NCBI GenBank assembly: GCA_964016885.1
Contig: OZ024740.1
Location: forward strand, 295,430,001 to 295,494,000
DNA: 64,000 nt
Origin: Eledone cirrhosa
Lineage: Eukaryota
Direction: 5' to 3'
Below the pieces are notes generated by a model. It was not told where the DNA came from, did not search any database, and saw only the letters and a program-made list of their open reading frames with translations. Positions 10,770-22,502 of this stretch are shown piece by piece (position 1 is the stretch's first letter; every line of letters begins with the position of its first letter). The translations under genes were made by a program, and so were the position numbers.

Positions 10770-10903
10770 ACGAATTCTCATCAATATCTTTCACTATTGC
10801 ATTCTTTTTTCTATGTCCATATCTGCATTGTCTTGGCCTTATTACACATATTCTAACGTTTATACCTCATTACACAATGCTTCAAGTGAACTATAACCTC
10901 CTC

Positions 10904-10905
<2 letters not shown>

Positions 10906-10959
<54 letters not shown>
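10906..10959. repeat. (TA)n microsatellite, PLE target site (matching tract at 1061-1080)
   Basis: Directly visible. Confidence 0.95.
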
Positions 10960-10961
<2 letters not shown>

Positions 10962-11313
10962 TAAGGAATAAATCCGAGCATTCATTATGCTTAAGGACAA
11001 TACTTAGACGTAGGGGTTTAAAACCATGTGCGTTTTTTCTTCAAGACCGGATTTGTTTAGATGTGTGAGTTCGTAATTATATTGACCTCTCATGATGATC
11101 CATTTATTGGCTTTTGAACTGCGTCATTAAATTGGTGAAAGCTATTCTTAAGCATAGAATGTCTCAGTTATTTACAATTCAAATATGCCACCTTTTGGAA
11201 TTATAAGTTGTTACACCCTTTACTAATTATCTCCTGTTAATGTTTGATATATTTATGTATATGTCAATCGTTTTTTAACTTTATAATAAATGTTCGGATT
11301 TATTCCTTAGAAT
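10958..11313. mobile_element. ~356-bp MITE-like element with 25-bp TIRs
   Basis: ATTCTAAGGAATAAATCCGAGCATT at 10958-10982 and AATGTTCGGATTTATTCCTTAGAAT at 11289-11313 (1 mismatch), with an AT-rich non-coding interior. Confidence 0.7.
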
Positions 11314-11502
11314 CTTTCTTAGAGTTTTCGTCACAGGTGATATGGCGCTTCTCTGAAATGTTTTTCAGATATGACGACATCCTTATGGATGTTAGTAATA
11401 TTTAGGAACGATCGACTTTCGTCAAATCGGACCGAGGAAACAATGTTTCCATTGGTCTTTCCAATTGCTAATACTATCTATCGGTCGCAACTCCAGGTAG
11501 AA

Positions 11503-11623
11503 GGAGCAACGTGAAATAAAGTGTCTTGCTCAAGGACATAACGCATCGCCTGGTCTGAGAATCGAACTCACAACCTCACGATTGCGAATCCAATTCTCTA
11601 ACCACTCAGCCACACGCCTTCAC
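11503..11623 (-). mobile_element. tRNA-derived SINE, 5' part
   Basis: The minus strand has A box TGGCTGAGTGG, B box GTTCGATTC, then TGTCCTTGAGCAAGACACTT, a CORE/V-like SINE motif. Confidence 0.8.
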
Positions 11624-11634
11624 CAAAGCATTAG

Positions 11635-11860
<226 letters not shown>

Positions 11861-12306
11861 CTATATTAAATATTTATACATTGCTATGTATTGAGTTCCT
11901 TACTTACTGTGATTACCCCCGATTGAACCCGAGATAAACACACACATACACATATATATATTGTTATAATATTGCCAGAAATATATAATAAAACACACTC
12001 ACTGTTTGGTTTGGATTGGATTTCGCTTCCGCATATTTTATATCCCTATATCTAATTTAGCTGGCAATCAATGTTCATCATTGATTGACCAACAGTTAAA
12101 CATATAGATATAAATATATATATAACCAACAGTTAAATATATATATATATCCGAAAGAGCTTTGACTCTGTATATACAACCACCCGGTTATCGAACCAAC
12201 TAACCAACCAGCCAACCAACCAACCGGAAATTTATAATAAATTGAAGTGAAAACCAACAGGTGCGTGTGTTTTTATTGCCAGCATGACCCTCCCAACAAA
12301 AGTATA

Positions 12307-12309
<3 letters not shown>

Positions 12310-12379
<70 letters not shown>
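12310..12379. repeat. (TA)n microsatellite
   Basis: Directly visible. Confidence 0.95.
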
Positions 12380-12382
<3 letters not shown>

Positions 12383-13489
12383 AAGTTTTATTTAAATTGT
12401 TGGGTTACAACGAGTAAATATTTATAACTGATATAAAAGCACTCAACAAGTATTTGGAGTATATTTACGATATTAAATAAATGGAAACTATATTTATAAA
12501 ACCATATTTATTTCATTATATATATTTCAGGGATATCATATTAAAAATATTCTTCATGAATAATTAAACTACCCTAAAAGCTGATGCTCCAAATATATCG
12601 AATAAATTTTACACTAGATAAACCTCTATATTAAATATAAGACCATCTGTAGATCAAATGGGTATCCTAAACTTTTGGAATGTTTTCTGCTAAATTATTT
12701 GGTAAATAATTTTTGGTTTTGTTTGCTTTTGATTCTGATGCTTATAACGAACTTGGCAATATATTGTCAATTAACTTTGAAGGGTTGATCTCTGTGGTTG
12801 ATTTGCGGGGCATACTATGTTTTATTTTTATTTTTTATTTTTAATATTTTTAATATTTTTATTTTTAATATTTTTGTTTTTGTTTTTTATTTATTTTTTG
12901 TTTCTGATATTTTTATTGATATATTGATATCTGTTCTCTATTTATGCTTGAAAGATAATCATGTAGAGTAAAGACAAGAATAGTATTGTTAAAATTAATG
13001 TAGACTCTATATATATTTGTGTGTATGTACACATATATGTATACTAGAATTTTTATAGCACAATGAGAATGTTTTCGTGTGAAATAGGAATATGCAGAGC
13101 TGATCACGTAAATTCACATGGATGTCTATAGTATCGAATCTGGGATAACCCTCTATTTTATCTCAACTCTGATATAAACCTAGGAATTTTAAACTAGACA
13201 TATGATCATTATTTTTCACACATTATTGATACGTGTCTCATTCATGAATACTGATATTTACATTATAATGCCTGATTTATACGAATTGATATTTTTACAT
13301 TGATGAAACATAGTATTTTAAATCTGCCTCGTTTATGTCTGGATATTTTTCTTTTCTCTCTATGTAACGGCTGTTTTCTCTCCTAACCACATATATCTCT
13401 CTCTACATTAATACTAGAGCTAAATAAATAAATAAATAAATAAATAAATATATCATTGATACGTCATTCAACTGGTACCCAACTACCTA

Positions 13490-13533
13490 TTTTCTTTCTC
13501 TCTATCTCTATCTATATCTATCTCTCTATATTT

Positions 13534-13569
<36 letters not shown>

Positions 13570-13720
13570 ATCTATCTCCCTCTGTGTTTTTTCCTCTATA
13601 TATATATCTCTCTCTGTTTCTTTACATGAATTTCTTCTCTCTATCTATCTCTCTATATCTATCTCTCTCTATTTAGTTGCATGCATTTCTTCTTTTTCTT
13701 CGTTTTTCTTTCTTTCTTTT
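13490..13720. repeat. Degenerate CT/CTAT-rich low-complexity tract (3' UTR of the decayed PLE)
   Basis: Directly visible. Confidence 0.8.
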
Positions 13721-13823
13721 TATAACTGTCCCTAATATTTTTCACTACCAAATCAACTTTTCAAATGGAAGTCGAAGTTGAAAGGTATGTCGAATCTATC
13801 TATTTATAAGACTGTTTATATTG

Positions 13824-13889
13824 TATTTTGTCTGAAGAAGGCATAACATATTTTTAATATGATATCCCTGAAATATATATAATGAAATA
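13824..13889 (+). ncRNA. Type-I hammerhead ribozyme motif
   Basis: TATTTTGT-CTGAAGA-AGG...CATATT(ttt)AATATG...CCT-GAA-ATATATAT-A-ATGAAATA. Canonical CUGANGA/GAAA core, 8-bp stem I (2 G-U pairs), palindromic stem III. Confidence 0.75.
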
Positions 13890-13929
13890 AATATGGTTTT
13901 ATAAATATAGTTTCCATTTATTTAATATC

Positions 13930-13967
<38 letters not shown>

Positions 13968-14122
13968 AGAAATTAAAAGATCGTTAAAGAAGTTCCATAT
14001 ATTTTATTATGCGCATTTCAAAAGCAACATCATCCTGGGACAAAAATTGTGTTCTCATCAGATAAAATAAGGTAACATGATATGAGGCCTAAAAACACTT
14101 GTCAACAGGAAAGTGCAAAACC

Positions 14123-14330
<208 letters not shown>

Positions 14331-14871
14331 AATATCCTGTAGGTGTGAAAAAGGAAAACTGCTCAATCGGGAATAGAGCAGAAATATTACATTATTTATT
14401 TATGTTCACGGAAGAAAAGCACAACCTAAGGTTTCAAGGCCCATATATGAACCATATCTCCGGAATGTAAGAGGGATAAAAAATTTGGACCGAATCTTCA
14501 TGAGCTTATACGAGTTTATAAGATACGGTATATTGTATATACACATATATAATGTGTGTATGAATATTATTAATATTATATATATTCATGTGTGTATTGA
14601 ATTATAGCGACGGTTTAACACCAGAGATTAAGGAAATCGATTTTGGCAATATCGAAAGTTCATAAAAGCATATCTATATAAATAAAAATCATATCGTGTT
14701 CGTCCGTGTGCCAGTCCACTCGTGAGTTGAATGAGTTAAAACGAAGGAAGGTGGGTGGTGAAAATTCTACGGCGCAAAAAAGAAATCAGCGTTTCATGTT
14801 TTCCCAAAGTTATGTGTGAGTATATATGTGGGTGTGTGTGTGAGGAAGAGGGACTATGTAAAAAACAATGC

Positions 14872-14938
14872 TCATCATCACCATCATCATCGTCATCATC
14901 AACATGATCATCACCATCACCATCAACACCATCATCAC
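14872..14938. repeat. Imperfect (CAT/CAC)n microsatellite
   Basis: Directly visible. Confidence 0.9.
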
Positions 14939-14971
14939 AATCGTCTTAAAATTCTGTTAAGGGACAGTATG

Positions 14972-15600
14972 GGATTAGTGCCGGATTAAACGCTAATGAT
15001 CAGTGACGGATTAAAAATAATAAGCGTCAGTGCCAGAATAAAAACAATAATAATAAGTGCTGGATCAAAAATAATAAGAAAAAGTACCGGATAAAATAGT
15101 GTCAGTACCGGATAAAAAAGTGCCAGTGACAGATTAAAAACACTTTGGATTAGTGCCAGATTAAAAATAATCAGTTTGAGTTCCAGTTTAAAAAACTAAT
15201 GATCAGGGCCAGATTAAAAATAATAAAGTTCAGTGCTGGATTAAAAATAAGGGTCTGTGCCCGATTAAAATTAATAAGGATAAGTGCCGGATTGAAAATA
15301 ATAAGGATCAGTGACGGATTAAAAATAATAAGTGTAAGTGCCGGATTAAAAACAAGTGTTAATGCCGGATTAAAAATAATGAGGGTAAGTGCCGGATTTA
15401 AAAAAAAGGGTTGGTGTCGGATTAAAAGCACCAGATTAAAAAAATAAATTTAAGTGCCGGATTAAAAATAATAGGGGTCAGTGCCGGATTAAAAACCATA
15501 AGGATAAGTACCGTATTAAAAATAATAAGTGTCAGTGCCGGATTAAAAACTCTATGGATTAGTGATGGATTAAAATGTATCATTACCGGATTAAAAAGCA
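14972..15600 (+). repeat. 24-27-bp tandem repeat array, consensus about CAGTGCCGGATTAAAAATAATAAG(T/G)GT
   Basis: Roughly two dozen diverged copies of AGTGCCGGATTAAAA; the source of the spurious NPALTLIIF ORFs. Confidence 0.9.
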
Positions 15601-18600
15601 CTATTTTTATTTAGGTGATCCATTCTTTATTTAGGTGAGGCATTTTTTATTTGGGTGATCCATTCTTTATTTAAGTGGTCTATTTTTTTTTATTTAGGTG
15701 ATGCATTTTTTATTTGATGGATACTTTTTAATTTAGGCGATCCATTTTTTATTTGATGGATCCTTTTTTATTTAGGCGATCCATTTTTTATTTGATGGAT
15801 CGTTTTTTATTTAGGCGATCCATTTTTTATTTGATGGATCCTTTTTTATTTAGGTGATCCATTTTTTATTTGATGGATTCTTTTTTATTTAGGCGATCCA
15901 TTTTTTATTTGAATGATCCTTTTTTATTTAGGTGATCCATTTTTTATTTGATGGATCCTTTTGATTTATGTGATCCATTTTTTATTTGATGGATCCATTT
16001 TTTATTTAGGTGATCCATTTTTTATTTGATGGATCCATTTTTTATTTGATGGAACCTTTTTTATTTAGGTGATCCATTTTTTATTTGATGGATCCTTTTT
16101 TATTTAGGTGATCCATTTTTTATTTGATGTATCCATTTTTTATTTGATGGATCCTTTTTTATATGATGGATCCATTTTTATTTGATGGATCCATTTTTTA
16201 TTTGATGGATCCTTTTTTTATTTGATGGATCCTTTTTATTTAGGTGATCCATTTTTTATTTGATGGATCCATTTTTTTTATTTAGGTGATCCATTTTTTA
16301 TTTGATGGATCCATTTTTTATTTGATGGATCCTTTTTATTTAGGTGATCCATTTTTTATTTGATGGACCCTTTTTTATTTAGGTGATCCATTTTTTATTT
16401 GATGGATCCATTTTTTATTTGATGGATCCTTTTTTATTTAGGTGATCCATTTTTTATTTGATGGATCCTTTTTTATTTAGGTGATCCATTTTTTATTTGA
16501 TGGATCCATTTTTTATTTGATGGATCCATTTTTTATTTGATGGATCCTTTTTTATTTAGGTGATCCATTTTTTATTTGATGTATCCTTTTTTATTTAGGT
16601 GATCCATTTTTTATTTGATGGATCCATTTTTTATTTGATGGATCCTTTTTTATTTAGGTGATCCATTTTTTATTTCATGGATCCATTTTTTATTTCATGG
16701 ATCCTTTTTTATTTAGGTGATCCATTTTTTATTTGATGGATCCTTTTATATTTAGGTTAACCATTTTTTATTTGATGGATCCTTTTTTATTTAGGTGATC
16801 CATTTTTTATTTGATGGATCCATTTTTTATTTGATGGATCCTTTTTTATTTAGGTGATCCATTTTTTATTGGATGGATCCTTTTTTTTTTAGGTGATCCA
16901 TTTTTTATTTGATGGATCCATTTTGTTATTTAGGTGATCCATTTTTTATTTGATGGATCCATTTTTATTTAGGTGATCCATTTTTTATTTGATGGATCCT
17001 TTTTTATTGAGGTGATCTATTTTTTATTTGATGGATCCTTTTTATTTAGGTGATCCATTTTTTATTTGATGGATCCATTTTTTATTTGATGTATCCTTTT
17101 TATTAAGGTGAACCATTTTTTATTTGATGGATCCTTTTTTTATTTAGGTCATCCATTTTTTATTTGATGGATCCATTTTTCATTTGATGGATGCTTTTTT
17201 ATTTAGGCGATCAAATAAAAAATGGATCACGTAAATAAAAAAGGATCCATCAAATAAAAAATGGATCCATCAAATAAAAAATGGATCACCTAAATAAAAA
17301 AGGATCCATCAAATAAAAAATGGATCCATCAAATAAAAAATGGATTACCTAAATAAAAAAGGATCCATCAAATAAAAAATGGATAATCAAATAAAAAATG
17401 GATCACCTAAATAAAAAAATGGATCCATCAAATAAAAAATGGATCGCCTAAATAAAAAAATATCCATCAAATAAAAAATGGATCACCTAAATAAAAAAGG
17501 ATCCATCAAATAAAAAATGGATCAACTAAATAAAAAGGATCCATTAAATAAAAAAAGGATCACCTAATTAAAAATGGATCCATCAAATAAAAAAATGGAT
17601 CACCTAAATAAAAAAATGGATTCATCAAATAAAAAATGGATCACCTAAATAAAAAAGGATCCATCAAATAAAAAATGGATCACCTAAATAAAAATGGATC
17701 CATCAAATAAAAAATGGATCACCTAACTAAAAAAATGGCTCCATCAAATAAAAAATGGATCACCTAAATAAAAATGGATCCATCAAATAAAAAATGGATT
17801 ACCTAAATAAAAAAATGGATCCATCAAATAAAAAATGGATCACCTAAATAAAAAAGGATCCATCAAATAAAAAATGGATCACCTAAATAAAAATGGATCC
17901 ATCAAAGAAAAAATGGATCACCTAAATAAAAAAATGGATCCATCAAATAAAAAATGGATCACCTAAATAAAAAAGGATCCATCAAATAAAAAATGGATCA
18001 CCTAAATAAAAAGGATCCATCAAATAAAAAATGGATCACCTAAATAAAAAAGGATCCATCAAATAAAAAATGGATCCATCAAATAAAAAATGGATCACCT
18101 AAATAAAAAATGATCCATCAAATAAAATGGATCACCTAAATAAAAAAGGATACCTCAAATAAAAAATGGATCAATCAAATAAAAAATGGATCACCTAAAT
18201 AAAAAGGATCCATCAAATAAAAAAGGATCCATAAAATAAAAAATGGATCCATCAAATAAAAAATGGATCACCTAAATAAAAAAGGATCTATCAAATAAAA
18301 AATGGATCACCCAAATAAAAAGGATCCATCAAATAAAAAATGGATCCATCAAATAAAAAATGGATCACCTAAATAAAAAAGGATCCATCAAATAAAACAT
18401 GGATCACCTAAATAAAAAAGCATCCATCAAATAAAAAATGGATCCATCAAATAAAAAATGGATCACCTAAATAAAATAGGATCCATCAAATAAAAAATGG
18501 ATCACCTAAATAAAAATGGATCCATAAAAAAAAAATGGATCACCTAAATACAAAAATGGATCCCTCAAATAAAAAATGGATCACCTAAATAAAAAATGAG

Positions 18601-21579
18601 CATGAAATAAAAAATGGATCACCTAAATAAAAAGGATCCATCAAATAAAAAATGGATCCATCAAATAAAAAATGGATCACCTACATAAAAAGGATCCATC
18701 AAATAAAAAAAGGAACCATCAAATAAAAAATGGATCACCTAAATAAAAAAGGATCCATCAAATAAAAAATGTATCACCTAAATAAAAAAGGATCCATCAA
18801 ATAAAAAATGGATCCATCAAATAAAAAATGGATCACCTAAATAAAAAAGGATCCATCAAATAAAAAACGGATCACCTAAATAAAAAAGGATCCATCAAAT
18901 AAAAAATGGATCACCTAAATAAAAAAGGATCCATTAAATAAAAAATGGATCACCGAAATAAAAAAGGATCCATCAAATAAAAAATGGATCATCAAATAAA
19001 AAATGGATCACCTAAATAAAAATGGATCCATTAAATAAAAAATGGATGACCTAAATAAAAAAAATTTATCCATCAAATAAAAAATGGATCACCTAAATAA
19101 AAAAGGATCCATCAAATAAAAAAGGGTCCATCAAATAAAAAATGGATCACCTAAATAAAAATGGACCCATCAAATAAAAAATGGATCACCTAAATAAAAA
19201 AGGATCCATCAAATAAAAAATGGATCACCTACATAAAAGGATCCATTAAATAAAAAATGGATCACCTAAATAAAAATGGATCCATCAAATAAAAAATGGA
19301 TCACCTAAATAAAAAAATGGATCCATCAAATAATAAATGTATCACCTAAATAAAAAAGGATCCATCAAATAAAAAATGGATCACCTAAATAAAAATGTAT
19401 CCATCAAATAAAAAATGGATCACCTAACTAAAAAAATGGCTCCATCAAATAAAAAATGGATCACCTAAATAAAAAGGATCCATCAAACAAAAAATGGATC
19501 CATCAAATAAAAAATGGATCACCTAAATAAAAAGGATCCATCAAATAAAAAATGGATCCATCAAATAAAAAATGGCTCACCTAAATAAAAAAGGATCCAT
19601 CAAATAAAAAATGGATCACCTAAATAAAAAAGGATCCATCAAATAAAAAATGGATCCATCAAATAAAAAATGGATCACCTAAATAAAAAAGGATCCATCA
19701 AATAAAAAATGGATCCATCAAATAAAAAATGGATCACCTAAATAAAAAAGGATCCATCAAATAAAAAATGGATCACCTAAATAAAAAAGGATCCATCAAA
19801 TAAAAAAGGATCCATCAAATTAAAATGGATCCATCAAATAAAAAATGGATCCATCAAATAAAAAATGGATCACCTACATAAAAAGGATCCATTAAATAAA
19901 AAATGGATCACCTAAATAAAAATGGATCCATCAAATAAAAAATGGATCACCTAAATAAAAAAATGGATCCATCAAATAAAAAATGGATCAGCTAAATAAA
20001 AAGGATCCTTCAAATAAAAAATGGATCACCTAAATAAAAATGGATCCGTCAAAGAAAAAATGGATCACCTAAATAAAAAAATGAATCCATCAAATAAAAA
20101 ATGGATCACCTAAATAAAAAAGGATCCATCAAATAAAAAATGGATCACCTAAATAAAAAGGATCCATCAAATAAAAAATGGATCACCTAAATAAAAAAGG
20201 ATCCATCAAATAAAAAATGGTTCCATCAAATAAAAAATGGATCACCTAAATAAAAAAGGATCCATCAAATAAAACGGATCACCTAAATAAAAAATGGATC
20301 ACCTAAATAAAAAAGGATCCATCAAATAAAAAAGGATCCATCAAATAAAAAATGGATCCATCAAATAAAAAATGGATCACCTAAATAAAAAAGGATCCAT
20401 CAAATAAAAAATGGATCACCCAAATAAAAAGGATCCATCAAATAAAAAATGGATCCATCAAATAAAAAATGGATCACCTAAATAAAAAAGGATTCATCAA
20501 TTAAAAAAATGGATCACCTAAATAAAAACGGATCCATCAAATAAAAAATCGATCACCTAAATAAAAAAATGGATCCATCAAATAAAAAATGGATCACCTA
20601 AATAAAAAAGGATCCATCAAATAAAAAATGGATCACATAAATAAAAAAGTATCCATCAAATAAAAAATGGATCACCTAAATAAAAAAGGATCCATCAAAT
20701 AAAAAATGGATCACCTAAATAAAAAAGGATCCATCAAATAAAAAATGGATCACCTAAATAAAAAAGGATCCATCAAATAAAAAATGGATCCATGAAATAA
20801 AAAATGGATCACCTAAATAAAAAAGGATCCATCAAATAAAACATGGATCACCTAAATAAAAAAGCTTTCATCAAATAAAAAATGGATCCATGAAATAAAA
20901 AATGGATCACCTAAATAAAAAAGGATCCATCAAATAAAAAATGGATCACCTAAATAAAAATGGATCACCTAAATAAAAAATGATCCATCAAATAAAAAAT
21001 GGATCACCTAAATAAAAAGGATCAATCAAATAAAAAATGGATCCATCAAATAAAAAATGGATCACCTAAATAAAAAAGGTTCCATCAAATAAAAAACGGA
21101 TCACCTAAATAAAATGGATCCATCAAATAAAAAATGGATCACCTAAATAATAAAGGATCCATCAAATAAAAAATGGAGCCATCAAATAAAAAATGGATCA
21201 CCTAAATAAAAAAGGATCCATCAAATAAAAAATGGATCACCTAAATAAAAATGGATCCATCAAATAAAAAATGGATCACCTAAATAAAAAAAATGGATCC
21301 ATCAAATAAAAAATGGATCACCTAAATAAAAAAGGATCCATCAAATAAAAAACGGATCACCTAAATAAAATGGATCCTTCAAATAAAAAATGGATCACCT
21401 AAATAAAAAAGGATCCATCAAATAAAAAATGGATCCACCAAATAAAAAATGGATCACCTAAATAAAAAAGGATCCATCAAATAAAAAATGGATCACCTAC
21501 TTTAGATAAATAAAAAATACGTCCAAGATCAACAAAAGCAGGTTGTGAAAATTCTGGTCTGCCAGTATCACTAGTCTGT

Positions 21580-21768
21580 AGCGTGAATTGGCAGTATCAG
21601 TAGAGGGTCGTACGCCATGCTTTCCAGCATAGTTACGTTCCTTTACGTTCTGAGTTCAAATCCCGTTGAGATTAACTTTGCCTTTCATCCTTATGGGGTC
21701 GATAAAATAAAGTACCAGTAATGCACTGGGTAATTACTGGCCTTGTGCCAAAAGTAGAAACAATTATT
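21580..21768 (+). mobile_element. Decayed tRNA-derived SINE with a Nin-domain-like segment (in every core; truncated in copy 2)
   Basis: A-box-like TGGCAGTATCAG, B box GAGTTCAAATCC, then TTTGCCTTTCATCCTTATGGGGTCGATAAAATAAAGTACCAGT and tail GGCCTTGTGCCAAAAGTAGAAAC. Matches my recollection of octopus SINEs. Confidence 0.8.
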
Positions 21769-22319
21769 AGTAAGATCGAGAGGAATAAGACAAGTTTAAA
21801 GCAGTGTGTTTATAATATAGACTCATGTCCGAGTCATAACATGAAGGGCTTACTCTGCCACACTCTCCAGCTCGTCACAGAAAAGGCGACCATAATATAT
21901 ACAAGAATGTCTCTCATACATTCTTAGTGGGAATCAAATGAAAGTAGACATCCGTAAGCAATGGCGCTAACTAGTGAAATGAGTTACTCTGAGACCACAT
22001 AAAAAGAAGAAATAAATAAAAAAACATGATGTTTTATGGAAAAGTAATAAAATGTTCTTCACAAAAAATAATAAAACTCCTAGAATTCTATAACTACAGA
22101 AATATATGTATATACAAAGATAATAAATGATATATTACAACAGGATCACAAGAACACAGCAACAATAATAATTTTCAGAATGAATATACAAAAAATAATG
22201 TAAGTTAAAACAGTATGTGACATATTGTTTTAACTTACATTATTTTTTGTTTTAATTATATAATATATAGTATCGTTAATTATAATAAGTAATAATAATA
22301 ATATAATTTTCTATTTCAG

Positions 22320-22502
22320 AGCTCAGCTTTGGAAGAGAGGCTGCTTGCAAGTGTATGGACATATGATCGTGTGCATTCTAGCAAGAGCATGGAGGATGTG
22401 CGACATGACTTCATTTCAAGATTCGGTAAACCAGCTCCTATGAAGAGGACGATACTGCGATGGGAACATAAACTATTTCTCATTACTTTTGGTAGGGGGT
22501 GA
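22320..22502 (+). pseudogene. 60-codon frame resembling the N-terminal helix-turn-helix (DUF4817-like) of a Tc1/mariner DD41D-type transposase; repeated in all nine cores
   Basis: Follows TTTTCTATTTCAG and reads SSALEERLLASVWTYDRVHSSKSMEDVRHDFISRFGKPAPMKRTILRWEHKLFLITFGRG*. The pattern EER..(S..V..F..RF..P.P..TI.RW..K.F) is typical of that domain. No ATG at its start, so it is absent from the ORF track. Confidence 0.65.

Larger units (their letters stand above)
1078..10904. mobile_element. Composite Penelope-like element (PLE) insertion with two divergent tandem arms
   Basis: Left arm 1078-6578 is on the minus strand (unit 3145 bp, ~1.75 units). Right arm ~6618-10904 is on the plus strand (unit 3133 bp, ~1.37 units). 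The arms are near-identical and both 3' ends abut (TA)n. Confidence 0.95.
12380..13932 (+). mobile_element. Old, decayed, 5'-truncated Penelope-like element of a second family with an inverted partial pLTR
   Basis: Flanked by (TA)n on both sides. ~12466-12550 is the reverse complement of ~13848-13932. Remnant peptides ICRSNGYPK (12645-12671, RT thumb) and MFSCEIGICRADHVNSHGCL*YRIWDN (13069-13149, GIY-YIG-like). Hammerhead near the 3' end. Confidence 0.7.

Noticed and set aside
11560-11623. tRNA gene
   Set aside because: A and B boxes are present, but the sequence continues into SINE body and I see no convincing cloverleaf.
14420-14466. Possible third hammerhead on the minus strand (CCGGAGA...GAAACCTTAGG)
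   Set aside because: Two core mismatches and poor stems, so it is not supportable.
15171-15447. NPALTLIIF / SAGLKII repeat ORFs (also 59354-59801)
   Set aside because: Products of the 24-27-bp tandem repeat, with frames broken by indels.
21721-21927. Repeated 68-aa ORF MHWVI...
   Set aside because: It begins inside a SINE tail, has no recognisable motif, is deleted in core 2 and is frameshifted in core 3.
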